Assembly: GCA_965116905.1 (NCBI GenBank)
Contig: OZ220732.1
Location: forward strand, 1,824,001 to 1,888,000
Origin: Longimicrobiales bacterium
GTDB taxonomy: Bacteria; Gemmatimonadota; Gemmatimonadetes; Longimicrobiales; Gaopeijiaceae
Reading direction: 5' to 3'
DNA: 64,000 bases
A program made the position numbers and the translations under genes. Numbering within the stretch: position 1 is the first letter of the stretch; each line of letters opens with the position of its first letter. This document shows, one piece after another, positions 40,750-49,714 of the stretch. The notes under the pieces were generated by a model that was given only the letters and a program-made list of their open reading frames with translations, was not told the DNA's origin and made no database searches.

Positions 40750-40863
40750 CTACCGACGGCGGGGAGGAAACAGTCGGAGGGCGGCGGCCCGCACGTCGGT
40801 GGACAGTCCGAAGATGACGGCGACGGCCAGCGCCCCGAGGGCAACGTAGAGGAGCAGGCTCAC
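40750..40863 (-). CDS. Small single-TM peptide (37 aa)
   Basis: MSLLLYVALGALAVAVIFGLS...; GTGA overlap with the upstream ORF. Confidence 0.4.
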   Translation of the reverse strand: MSLLLYVALGALAVAVIFGLSTDVRAAALRLFPPRRR

Positions 40864-41213
40864 GGCCCGACCTCCGGGAACCGATCCGACTGCTCGCCCG
40901 CCGGTATCTGGCGGAGCTTCCGCACCGCGCGCGACACGTCGCGGGCATCGGAGCGGATCAGGAGCCAATCGTCGCCGAACCGGGTCAGGCGGACCCAACA
41001 CAACCCGTCCCCGGCTTCGTCGATAGCAACGACTTCGCGGGCGTGGATTCTCCGCCTGTAGGCTTGCCCGATGATTCCGGTGTCGCTCACGGAATGAACT
41101 TGCCCCCATGATGGTGTAATCCTGCTCATCGGGCGACCACGGTTTGATCCGATGCTGCCCGGGCGCGGGACTTGTCGCAGGACGCCGACGAACTTCCCGA
41201 ATAGGCTGGTCAT
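40860..41213 (-). CDS. Hypothetical protein
   Basis: 117-aa ORF coupled to the small TM ORF; its ATG lies inside the repeated element. Confidence 0.4.
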   Translation of the reverse strand: MTSLFGKFVGVLRQVPRPGSIGSNRGRPMSRITPSWGQVHSVSDTGIIGQAYRRRIHAREVVAIDEAGDGLCWVRLTRFGDDWLLIRSDARDVSRAVRKLRQIPAGEQSDRFPEVGP

Positions 41214-41300
41214 CGGGATGCGCCGTCAAGGGAGAAGGGGCGATGACGCCCCCGCGCGCGCGCTCCTATCCGGGGCGCGGGTCTTCTGGGTTCGAAGGGC
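41205..41300. repeat. Degenerate ~95-bp element, copy A
   Basis: GCTGGTCATCGGGATGCG...GACGCC...GCGCGCGCGC...CCGG.GCGCGGGTCTT...TCGAAGGG, shared with 42019-42110. Confidence 0.75.
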
Positions 41301-41404
41301 TGGAGTATGCTGCTCGGCCAAAAATGCACCGGCACTGTCTCAGTGGCGGTCTCCAGTAGCGGGGGCTGGGGTTGGACGGTGGCATGGGGTCTCCGACTCA
41401 ACCC

Positions 41405-41902
41405 TCACGCTTTGGATTCTTCGACCGGGGACTCGTCGCTAACAATGAGGGCTGGCTTAAGTCTCTTTCGCGCCACCAACAGTCTCGACGCCAGCGCTCT
41501 GATCCACGCGTTCAGCTGTTCCCCGTCGTAAGAACCATCAGGGTGCTTGGCCTCCGGATGGGCCTTCTCGAAGTCCACCAGAAGGCTATGCCACACAAAC
41601 AGCTTCTTCTCACCCAGACCGTCCTTCACATACTGGTTGATGAGTTCGTAGGCTTGATCCACCCGCAAGTTCCTTAGCGCTGCGGCATTCTTCTTCTCCT
41701 GCCAGCGTGCCCGGATGGCTCCGTAGACCACCGGGGACACCAACACGATGGTCCCCAACGACCACAGCGCGAGCCGAGCACCGCACTCGTCAAGTCTCGC
41801 AAGTACGGCGAGCAGGTGGGCCAAATCCCACGGCAACACGAATATCGCCACGATCCAAGCGGCTACCGCGAACATCACCCGGAGTACGTCTCTCTTGCCC
41901 AT
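41405..41902 (-). CDS. Hypothetical two-TM protein
   Basis: Two N-terminal hydrophobic helices and a soluble C-terminus. Confidence 0.6.
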   Translation of the reverse strand: MGKRDVLRVMFAVAAWIVAIFVLPWDLAHLLAVLARLDECGARLALWSLGTIVLVSPVVYGAIRARWQEKKNAAALRNLRVDQAYELINQYVKDGLGEKKLFVWHSLLVDFEKAHPEAKHPDGSYDGEQLNAWIRALASRLLVARKRLKPALIVSDESPVEESKA

Positions 41903-42018
41903 CTCGCACGCTAACGAACCCGGCGACCCATGTCACCTCTAGAGATGGTGGCAGGTGCGGGCGGCCTTCGCCTAAGCCCACCAGTCGGCGGACTAATCCG
42001 GCGTGAGGGCAGTATGGC

Positions 42019-42110
42019 GCTGGTCATCGGGATGCGGCGTCCGGGACTATGTGCGACGCCGCGCGCGCGCAATCCACCGGAGCGCGGGTCTTAGGGGGAT
42101 CGAAGGGGCG
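42019..42110. repeat. Degenerate ~95-bp element, copy B
   Basis: Same ordered blocks as 41205-41300. Confidence 0.75.
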
Positions 42111-42288
42111 CAGTCCCTCGCCAGCCCCTCCGGGGCACGCACGGGAGTGTGGCGAGGGGGACGGCCAAGCCACACCAGCGTGGCTCGAGCCAGCCTTGCG
42201 GATGCCCGCAAGACGCTTCAACTGCGCCGGACGGAAGGACCGGGCACCAAGCCGTCGCGGGGCGCTCCTCGGCCTGTTGGACGCCAGC

Positions 42289-42621
42289 CTACTTCACCTC
42301 GCGAGCCAGGATGCGCTCGATTTCCTTCCTCACTTCTCTGATGATCTCGTCTTTGACTTCGTCGCGGCTTCGTTCCAGCGCGATTCGTTCGTACTTGGCT
42401 GGGTTGAACCCCCGAGGCGCATTCAGCGTGTAGCCCTTGCGTTGGAATAGGGCCTCGATCCGCATTTCGCTGTCCGCGTTCTCTTTCTTCACAGCGGTGA
42501 GCGTCTCTGCCTGCACCTTTCTCATCCCGCGCCGGGTCCAGATGCCCCAGGCCAGCACAGTCGTCACGAGGATACCAGTGTAGTGGTCCTGGAGCAGTTG
42601 CGAGAGCCACGACGAGTCCAT
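42289..42621 (-). CDS. Hypothetical single-TM/coiled-coil protein
   Basis: TM segment ILVTTVLAWGIW followed by a charged helix. Confidence 0.55.
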   Translation of the reverse strand: MDSSWLSQLLQDHYTGILVTTVLAWGIWTRRGMRKVQAETLTAVKKENADSEMRIEALFQRKGYTLNAPRGFNPAKYERIALERSRDEVKDEIIREVRKEIERILAREVK

Positions 42622-42718
42622 GCATCCACGTTGACGCTGCCGACGCTCAGAGTCAACGGGGATTCTCCACCGCTGCGAGAAGGTCCGCGAACCATTCGAG
42701 GCGGCCCGATCCAGATCT

Positions 42719-45505
42719 CTATCGCCGCCGCCGTTTCAGCTTCTTGATCCCAACGCCCAGCGGCGCGCGCATTTTCTCGTAGAGCATGAACAGGTACTCG
42801 GCGCGTTCGCGTTCGGAGGCGAAGCGCCGGGTGCGGTAGAGCCGATCCACGGCGCGGTCGAGCGCCCAATGGGCGCGTCGAAGACCGAGCGGCATCAGAT
42901 CAGGATCGTAAAGGTCCGCCAGAGTCGCGTCGGGGTGGGCGGCGCGAGCGTCGAGAACGGCCTGCGCCAGAGTCTCAAGCCTGTCGTTGTTGGCCCAGCG
43001 GGTGGGCGTCGGAAAGGTGTTGTAGACGAGGCCGATGGAGTAGCGGTAGTCGCTCTTCAGCCGTCCGCCGATGTGGCGCAGCCACGCCATGTGCATGGCC
43101 GAGGTGAGAAGCGCGAAGTGTGTGAGCGTGGCGTTCTCCAGAATGCGAACGAGGTTGCTCGGTATCGTCGGCGGCTCCAGCCAGCCGATGGGAACGTAGT
43201 CCCGCCTTTCCGAACTTACCTCGGGGACGACGAGGAAGGGTGCGGTCGGGATGACGTTGACATGATACAGCGTCGGCGTCTCGGCCAGCTTCCGCGTCGG
43301 CGCGCTCCGGCTGGCCTCGCGGTAGGAACGCACCGCTGCGATCCGATCCCGTACGGCTGGCATCCCCGCCAAGACATTGGGCGGGGCATCGTGGAGAGCG
43401 AGGATCCACCTGCCGCCGCCTTGCAGATACTCGCGTGCGCCGATGTAGGGCCGTATGTACGGCTTCGCCGCCGGTTCGCCCGCGACGAACTCGGCGCACT
43501 TCTCCTCTGTGCGGAAGATGTAATGACCACCATCGATTGGTTTGGAGCCGATTCTCAGCTTCGGCAGCCCGTTCACCGGGGCGCTCTCCTCCCGTACCGC
43601 CAAGTGTGGATCGGCGAGTCCTCCAGCATCGAACAAATAGGGTGAGAGCACGGCGTGCCGGCTTTGCTCGGGGTCGCCGTTGATGTCGGGATAGCTGAAC
43701 AGGCGCTTCCTCCTGGGTACCGCATCGCGGCCATCGAGCCCGACTATGACGACATGCACATGGGCCTTTCCGCGTGCGTCCGATCCCCACGCGAAGGTCC
43801 GGTGGGCGAACGCGATCTCCAGCCCACAGCGGTCGAAGAGGACCGGCCACAGCTGAGCCACCTGCTCGCCCTGGGCGATCGAATTCGTAGCCACGAAGCC
43901 GATCCGGGTACGGGTGCCATTAGCGTACTCTCCGGCCTTGATGAACCACGCGGTCACGTAGTCGAGCGTCCCGCCCGTCCCGCCGAGGGCCGCGATCCCC
44001 CGCACTTGGGCGCGCTGGGCCTTGCTCTGGAACTTCGAGCCCCCAAAGGGCGGGTTCCCGAATACGAAGGAACACTTCTTGGGTGCCAGCAGATCGCCCC
44101 AGTCCATCTCCAGCGCGTCCCCGTGGACGATGTGCGGGGAAGTCTCAAGCGGAATCCGCGTGTACGTCTGTCCGAACTCCAAGCTCAGCCGGTTGTTCAT
44201 GATGTGGTCCATCATCCACATCGCGGTCTCCGCGATGCGGACGGGGAACTCACCGATTTCGATCCCGTAGAACTGGTCCACGTTGACGAGGGACAGTTCC
44301 GACGCCAGCGCGTCCAACTGTCGGTCGCCCTTCCGGTGAAGCTCCTTCAGGACCTCGATCTCAAGTTCCCGCAACTCGCGGTAGGCGATGATGAGGAAGT
44401 TCCCGCACCCGCACGCGGGGTCGAAGAAGGTCATCCGTCCGAGCTTCTCCTGAAACCGGCGGAGGTCGGCCCGGCGGCGGCTGTCCTTTCGGGCTTTCAG
44501 GCGCTCGAACTCGGCGCGAAGATCGTCCAGAAACAGCGGCCCAATCACCTTGAGGATGTTCTTCTCGGTCGTGTAGTGCGCCCCCTGTTTGCGGCGCTCC
44601 ACCGGGTCCATGACCGACTGGAACAGCGCGCCGAATATGGCGGGCGAGATGTTCGACCAGTCGAACCGGCAGGCGTCCAGCAACGCCGTCCGCATCTCCC
44701 GGTTGAACGCAGGGATGCGTAGCGGCTCCTCGAACAACCGGCCATTGACGTAGGGGAAGCGGGCAAAGTCCTCGTCGGTCGTCGTATAGCGCGCCTCCTC
44801 CCGCGTGTCCAAGACCTGGAACAGGTAGGCCAATCGCGATCCCGTATCCGATCCGTCCGCGGCCGTGCGGCTCTCAAGAAGGTCGAAGAAGATGTCGCGC
44901 GGCTCGAAGATGCCCGTGTCGTCGGCGAACAGGCAGAACACGATCCGCACGAGAAAGCGCTCCAGATCGTGGCCACGGTAGCCTGCGGCGTCGAGTGCAT
45001 CGTGCAGCCGCCCGACCAGTTCGGCGGCCTCGATGTTGACGGGGTCCTGATCGCGGAATGTCCGGCGCTGGACGCCGAGAATGAAGCCGAATTCCTCGAC
45101 ATGGCCGGGCAAGTCCGCGAGGGAGAACAAGACGGTCTCCCGTTCGTCCAAATCGTGAAGCTCGAACGTCTGAAAATCGCTGACGAGGATGTACCGCGGG
45201 CGGTCGCGCTCGGGGAGCGCATCGAAATATTCCCCAGCCTGCCCGTACGCCTTCCCTAAATCGCGCCCGGCGCTCTTCTGCTCGACGATCAGGACGCCCG
45301 GCCAGAACAGGTCTATGAAGCCCGACCGGTTGTCGAGCTTGCCGACATGCTCCTCATAGCGTGCCACTGACCGCCGGCGCACGTCGAACACCTCGAAGAA
45401 ATCGTTGTAGAAGCTCTGCGTCTCGCCCTTCTCGTAGGCCGCGTCCCGCCAGTCTTCGGCGAAGGACGCTGCACGGACGCGCACCTCGTTCCACGAGAGG
45501 CGCAT
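42719..45505 (-). CDS. MmeI-like type IIL restriction-modification enzyme
   Basis: EKGETQSF, FIDLFWPG.LIVEQKS nuclease motif, GAHYT, DPACGCGNF, GNPPF, GGRLKSDYRYS and LADLYDP. Confidence 0.9.
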   Translation of the reverse strand: MRLSWNEVRVRAASFAEDWRDAAYEKGETQSFYNDFFEVFDVRRRSVARYEEHVGKLDNRSGFIDLFWPGVLIVEQKSAGRDLGKAYGQAGEYFDALPERDRPRYILVSDFQTFELHDLDERETVLFSLADLPGHVEEFGFILGVQRRTFRDQDPVNIEAAELVGRLHDALDAAGYRGHDLERFLVRIVFCLFADDTGIFEPRDIFFDLLESRTAADGSDTGSRLAYLFQVLDTREEARYTTTDEDFARFPYVNGRLFEEPLRIPAFNREMRTALLDACRFDWSNISPAIFGALFQSVMDPVERRKQGAHYTTEKNILKVIGPLFLDDLRAEFERLKARKDSRRRADLRRFQEKLGRMTFFDPACGCGNFLIIAYRELRELEIEVLKELHRKGDRQLDALASELSLVNVDQFYGIEIGEFPVRIAETAMWMMDHIMNNRLSLEFGQTYTRIPLETSPHIVHGDALEMDWGDLLAPKKCSFVFGNPPFGGSKFQSKAQRAQVRGIAALGGTGGTLDYVTAWFIKAGEYANGTRTRIGFVATNSIAQGEQVAQLWPVLFDRCGLEIAFAHRTFAWGSDARGKAHVHVVIVGLDGRDAVPRRKRLFSYPDINGDPEQSRHAVLSPYLFDAGGLADPHLAVREESAPVNGLPKLRIGSKPIDGGHYIFRTEEKCAEFVAGEPAAKPYIRPYIGAREYLQGGGRWILALHDAPPNVLAGMPAVRDRIAAVRSYREASRSAPTRKLAETPTLYHVNVIPTAPFLVVPEVSSERRDYVPIGWLEPPTIPSNLVRILENATLTHFALLTSAMHMAWLRHIGGRLKSDYRYSIGLVYNTFPTPTRWANNDRLETLAQAVLDARAAHPDATLADLYDPDLMPLGLRRAHWALDRAVDRLYRTRRFASERERAEYLFMLYEKMRAPLGVGIKKLKRRRR

Positions 45506-45591
45506 CCGGCTACTCCTCCGTCATCCCGATGACCGAACGCGATAACCCAGAGGCTGCATCGTCAGCAACCAGCCGGATCGCCGGCAATGGG

Positions 45592-45909
45592 TTACCGAGG
45601 GACCGCATCGCGCACCCCGATGTCCTCCCGCCATCCGCGCGCCCTGCGTGCCTGCGCAAGCTCGTAGCTCGCCTGCATCCGCATCCAGTGGTCGGCCGTG
45701 CCCCAACCAAGGTCCTCCAGTGCCAGCGCCATGTTCGCTGACACGCCCGCCTTGCCGTTCAGCAGCCGCGATAGCGTGCCTCGCTCGCAACCCAGGTGGG
45801 CGGCGGTTTCGGTCACGTTCCATCCGACCTCGTCCATGCTCTCCCGGATGAGTTCGCCCAAGTGCGGGGGGTCGAGCATCGCAACGACGCGCTCGCCGCT
45901 TCCGGTCAT
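45592..45909 (-). CDS. higA: HigA/VapI-family HTH antitoxin
   Basis: PPHLGELIRE, LSRLLNGK and ADHWMRMQASYEL. Confidence 0.85.
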   Translation of the reverse strand: MTGSGERVVAMLDPPHLGELIRESMDEVGWNVTETAAHLGCERGTLSRLLNGKAGVSANMALALEDLGWGTADHWMRMQASYELAQARRARGWREDIGVRDAVPR

Positions 45910-45926
45910 GTCCTTCCTCCTTCCGT

Positions 45927-46199
45927 TCAATGGTAATCTACCAGATCCACGTCCACTGCCTCGCCGTCCTCGAAACGGAACACCACGCGCCAGTTCCCAG
46001 AGACACGCACGCTCCATTGGCTTGCCCGGTCCCCTTTCAACGGGTGCAGCCTGAAACCAGGGGCGTCCGCGCTACCGGGACGCGTCGCTTCCTGCAATCG
46101 GAACAGAATGCGCCGAAGCCGGGGAACCAGATTGGCGGGGAGCCGGGATCGGTCACCCCGTTCATGGAGCGCCCGCAGTCCCTTGTGCCGGATCTTCAT
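45927..46199 (-). CDS. higB: HigB (RelE-like) toxin
   Basis: HKGLR, PGFRLHPLKGDR and WSVRVSGNWRVVFRF...VDYH. Confidence 0.9.
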   Translation of the reverse strand: MKIRHKGLRALHERGDRSRLPANLVPRLRRILFRLQEATRPGSADAPGFRLHPLKGDRASQWSVRVSGNWRVVFRFEDGEAVDVDLVDYH

Positions 46200-46207
46200 G
46201 GACCAAC

Positions 46208-46226
46208 TGTAGCGCGTCGCGTTACA
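46208..46226. promoter_or_regulatory. Putative HigA operator
   Basis: Near-palindrome TGTAGCGC-GTC-GCGTTACA just upstream of higB. Confidence 0.55.
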
Positions 46227-46413
46227 CGCCGCCAGTTCTTGGTCACCTGGAGTGCCGCACTACGGCGGTGTGGTTCAGACTCGTTCTGAGGCGACCTACA
46301 GCGGGCGGTGTACCCAACGCCTCGGCCCGCTGAACGGGCAGTCGTCGAATACCGTTTCGGATGAGCGTGCCGTCAGTCCCCAGCCCCTACCGTCTGGGTT
46401 GAGGCCGGAGATA

Positions 46414-47670
46414 CTACTCCGTGATGTCCGTGCCTTCAGCCGCGCTGACTACGACTCCGGCGATGGCGTTCAAGAGATCCCTCGGCGATTCGGCCTCACC
46501 CTCGGGCACAGTGAAATGCGGGTCCGACAGAAACTCGGCGATGGCGGCTTGAATCAAAGCCAGGGAAATCCGTCGGCAGAGGTCCTCGTCCGCACGCGCA
46601 TTGCGGGGCACGATCCGCTTTTCCCGCTCACGGCCCGGAAGCGTAACGAAACAGGTGGTAGGCGTCAGCGGTGCGATCAATCGCATGCCGTCCTGTGTTC
46701 CCGTCCGAATCGCAAACGTATCGGGCAGGACAAACACCGGTCGCGCGGAACGAATCATCGCCCAAGGACTCCACATCAGCGGAGACGCAATCTCATGATA
46801 GAATTCGTTGTTTCCGTACAGCGCTTCATAGGCCTTGCGAGGCATCTCCGGATCGCCGCCGTAACCGAGTTCGACAATCACCGGTGCGATGCCTCGGTGA
46901 AGCGCGGCGACGGTGTAGGGGTTCCGCAAGAACTGGATGACAAGGAATCCGACAAGCGCCTCGCATTGCGGTGAGTTGAGGGGCCTCGTCCCGAGAAGCA
47001 TCTCGATTGGACGCTTGGCGTCGCCCTCCAGCAGCCCGAAGTACGCCTCCAGCCGATCGCTGTACAGATCGCGGCGGTAGCCCCACTGGCCGAATCCGCA
47101 CTCCTTCGATGTCCAGCCCTCGGACGTTCGTCGCCACCGCAGGACCTTCCCGTTTGTCGCCCAGTGGTCACGGATCAACCAGCGCGGAATGAAATGGTTC
47201 TTGCCTACCGGCTTCACCGCCAATTTCGCCCGCCGGGGGTTCGCCTCGCGCTCGGCCGCTTTGGCCGACTTCGGCTTCCATCGCTCCTCCAAGCGTTTCG
47301 ACCAGAAGCGCTCATGGATTATCCGCGCCGTAGCGCTAATGGTGTCCGCGCCATCCGGGCCGAGACATTCCTCCTTCTCCTGATCGGGATCAATGGATGA
47401 CAAGTCCCGACCGGCGACCCGCTTCTCGACGACCTTCTCGGCCAGCCAAGGCTGCAGCTGGGCAAGTTCCAACACCATTTCCTCGCGGACGTTCACGTGA
47501 AGTTCGACTCTGTCGGCCCCGTTCAGCGTCAGCATCTCGGTGACGATCCGTTTGACAACTTCGTCCCAGATCGCTGTCAGAACACTGATCGACTGGTGGT
47601 CGACTTCCGGAAACAGCTTCTGGACTGCCGTCCCAGAAACCCAGCCTTTCCTTGTAGGGGGAAGATCCAT
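46414..47670 (-). CDS. DUF4238-like protein with an N-terminal extension
   Basis: KNHFIPRWL...W, DLY...LE.YFG.LE, QFLRNP and APLTP; defence-island context. Confidence 0.6.
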   Translation of the reverse strand: MDLPPTRKGWVSGTAVQKLFPEVDHQSISVLTAIWDEVVKRIVTEMLTLNGADRVELHVNVREEMVLELAQLQPWLAEKVVEKRVAGRDLSSIDPDQEKEECLGPDGADTISATARIIHERFWSKRLEERWKPKSAKAAEREANPRRAKLAVKPVGKNHFIPRWLIRDHWATNGKVLRWRRTSEGWTSKECGFGQWGYRRDLYSDRLEAYFGLLEGDAKRPIEMLLGTRPLNSPQCEALVGFLVIQFLRNPYTVAALHRGIAPVIVELGYGGDPEMPRKAYEALYGNNEFYHEIASPLMWSPWAMIRSARPVFVLPDTFAIRTGTQDGMRLIAPLTPTTCFVTLPGREREKRIVPRNARADEDLCRRISLALIQAAIAEFLSDPHFTVPEGEAESPRDLLNAIAGVVVSAAEGTDITE

Positions 47671-48303
47671 TCTCAATCCACGGCTGCTGTGACGGTTTGA
47701 GTCCTGCCTGAAGTTGGGTCGCGCGAGAATGGGCGGTTGTGGCCCCTCTGCTCTTTGCGAGCCTCGGCTCGCCGCAAATCTACTGCCCCGAAGAATCGAT
47801 TTGAATCGTTGACCCCATCGATCCGCGACCGGGATGCTCAGATCGAGCGGCTGAGATTAGGCGCGGTGGGTTTCTCTGGACGGTCTCCAGGAGTTCCCGC
47901 CATTCCAACCCGCTTTTCCCGCTTTCGCGGCACGGTCCAGGAGGGTCCAGCCGATCGGCAGGAAGCGCAGATCGTGCAGTCCGATTTGACTTTAGACGGT
48001 TTCCTGCCGTGATTCAGACCTCAGGTGCCTTGCCGGGCTGGCGGAGTGGTTCTGATGTCCGCTTCTTCATACACGACCACGCAGTCTCGGCGCGGGTTGG
48101 GCAAGGTCGCCCCGAGCAAGTCCTTCGTCTTCAGCGCGTCCGACTTCTTGCCAGGAATTGGGCAGACCGCCGAACTTGGGGGCCGTCCATTGGATCGTTG
48201 AGCCTGGCGTCAGCGGTGGCTCAATTGCCTTTGTCACCTGGTCTTGGACACCCCAGCTACTGCAATTCCTATCACCGTCATCACACCTTGGAGACCCTTT
48301 CGG

Positions 48304-49482
48304 ATGAAGCGCCTCTGTTGGACTACCGCCGCCGCCGCGGCGGTTTCTGCCCTCGCCGCCATGTGCGATCCCGCTCGCGCCCAGGCAACACAGATGAGGC
48401 CAGCCACCGAAATCCGCCTCTCTATCGAACCGGTCCTGTCCGTCGGGCGCCTCGATGGGCCGGACGAGTTCCTGTTCGGTGACATAAACGGCGGCGCCCG
48501 GCTCGCCGATGGCAGCGTGGTCTTATCCGACCGGCAGCGCTTCCGGGTTCAGCGATTCAGCGCCGAAGGGGAACTCCTTTGGAGTCGCGGTCGCGAGGGT
48601 GAGGGCCCGGGCGAGTTCGAGTATGTCCGGATCCCGGAAGGGTGCGTCGGCGAGGAGTCGATCATCGTTTACGACATCTGGTCCACGCGGGTCTACGTGT
48701 ACGACAGGGAAGGGAATCTCGTTGACGAGTACCGCTTCCTGTACAACGGATTGCCGCTGCGCGACTTCGTGTGCGCGCCGAACGGGCGCTTCGCGTTCAC
48801 GGGCAACAGTGTCCGTATGGGGGAGGAGGGGGTCGAGCCCGGGGAACTCTTTCGCACACTCCTGTCGCTGGGCTCCGCGGAAATGGACGACACGTCCGGG
48901 ACGACGCTGCGTGAACAGATCCCCGGCCCCGAGCGGACGTACCTGGGCCCGGGCGACGCCATGCCCGGCAGCATCTGGACGCACGACATCGCACTCGCCG
49001 CGACCAACGACGGAGTGTGGCTTGGGACCAGTGACGACTACGAGGTCGAGTTGATCGACTGGACGGGGGCGACAATTCGCCGGATCCGCTGGGAGGGGCC
49101 AGATCTGGCCGTGACCCAGCGAAATGTCGACCAATACCGGGACGCGCTAGAGGCGAGCTACCGCGACGACGATGATCCCGACTGGCGCGCGCGCTTCGAG
49201 AGGCGCTGGGACCGGGAGAGGGAGATCGTTCCCGACGTGTTCCCGGCGTTCCACAGACTCATGGTGGGGGACGATGGTGTGCTGTGGGTTCACGACTACA
49301 TCCGGCCGGGGGAACGGAGCGAGTGGCTTGCCTTTGACCCGGAAGGCAGGTGGTTGCGCACCTTGCTGTTGCCCGCACGCACCTATCTTCTGGACATCGG
49401 ATCCGACTGGGCGCTGGTGCGGACGTGGGACGAACTAGGCGTACAGCGGGTTGAGGTGCGCACGCTGGTGGAGGGGGAATAG
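48304..49482 (+). CDS. Secreted six-bladed beta-propeller protein
   Basis: Signal peptide, GREGEGPGEF and C-terminal DELGVQRVEV; paralog of 2914-4143. Confidence 0.75.
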   Translation: MKRLCWTTAAAAAVSALAAMCDPARAQATQMRPATEIRLSIEPVLSVGRLDGPDEFLFGDINGGARLADGSVVLSDRQRFRVQRFSAEGELLWSRGREGEGPGEFEYVRIPEGCVGEESIIVYDIWSTRVYVYDREGNLVDEYRFLYNGLPLRDFVCAPNGRFAFTGNSVRMGEEGVEPGELFRTLLSLGSAEMDDTSGTTLREQIPGPERTYLGPGDAMPGSIWTHDIALAATNDGVWLGTSDDYEVELIDWTGATIRRIRWEGPDLAVTQRNVDQYRDALEASYRDDDDPDWRARFERRWDREREIVPDVFPAFHRLMVGDDGVLWVHDYIRPGERSEWLAFDPEGRWLRTLLLPARTYLLDIGSDWALVRTWDELGVQRVEVRTLVEGE

Positions 49483-49484
49483 GC

Positions 49485-49587
49485 CGCCGCCGGGTTCATC
49501 GACGCACCAAACCGCAAGGCCGAAGCCAAGCCCGAGCCGCTCACGCTGGAAAGGCTCTTCGACATCTACGGTGCGGAAGTGACGCCC
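49485..49587 (+). pseudogene. Third integrase fragment
   Basis: AAGFIDAPNRKAEAKPEPLTLERLFDIYGAEVTP matches the reverse complement of about 34414-34506. Confidence 0.8.
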
Positions 49588-49714
49588 AGGGAAAAGGGAC
49601 CGGGTGTAGTGCATGCTCTCGTTTCGTTAACAGTTCTCGCGCCGAAAACGTGTCATCGGGACGCTGCGGTGACCCGGCATGAGCCCGCCGCGCGCACCGC
49701 GTCTGTGCACCCAC

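Noticed and set aside
42287..42299. GCCTACTTCACCT, resembling part of the RP4 oriT
   Set aside because: It is the last codons and stop of the 42289-42621 ORF and lacks the following ATCCTG nick sequence; likely chance.
49590..49650. Possible IS end after the third integrase fragment
   Set aside because: No matching inverted repeat, target duplication or transposase found.
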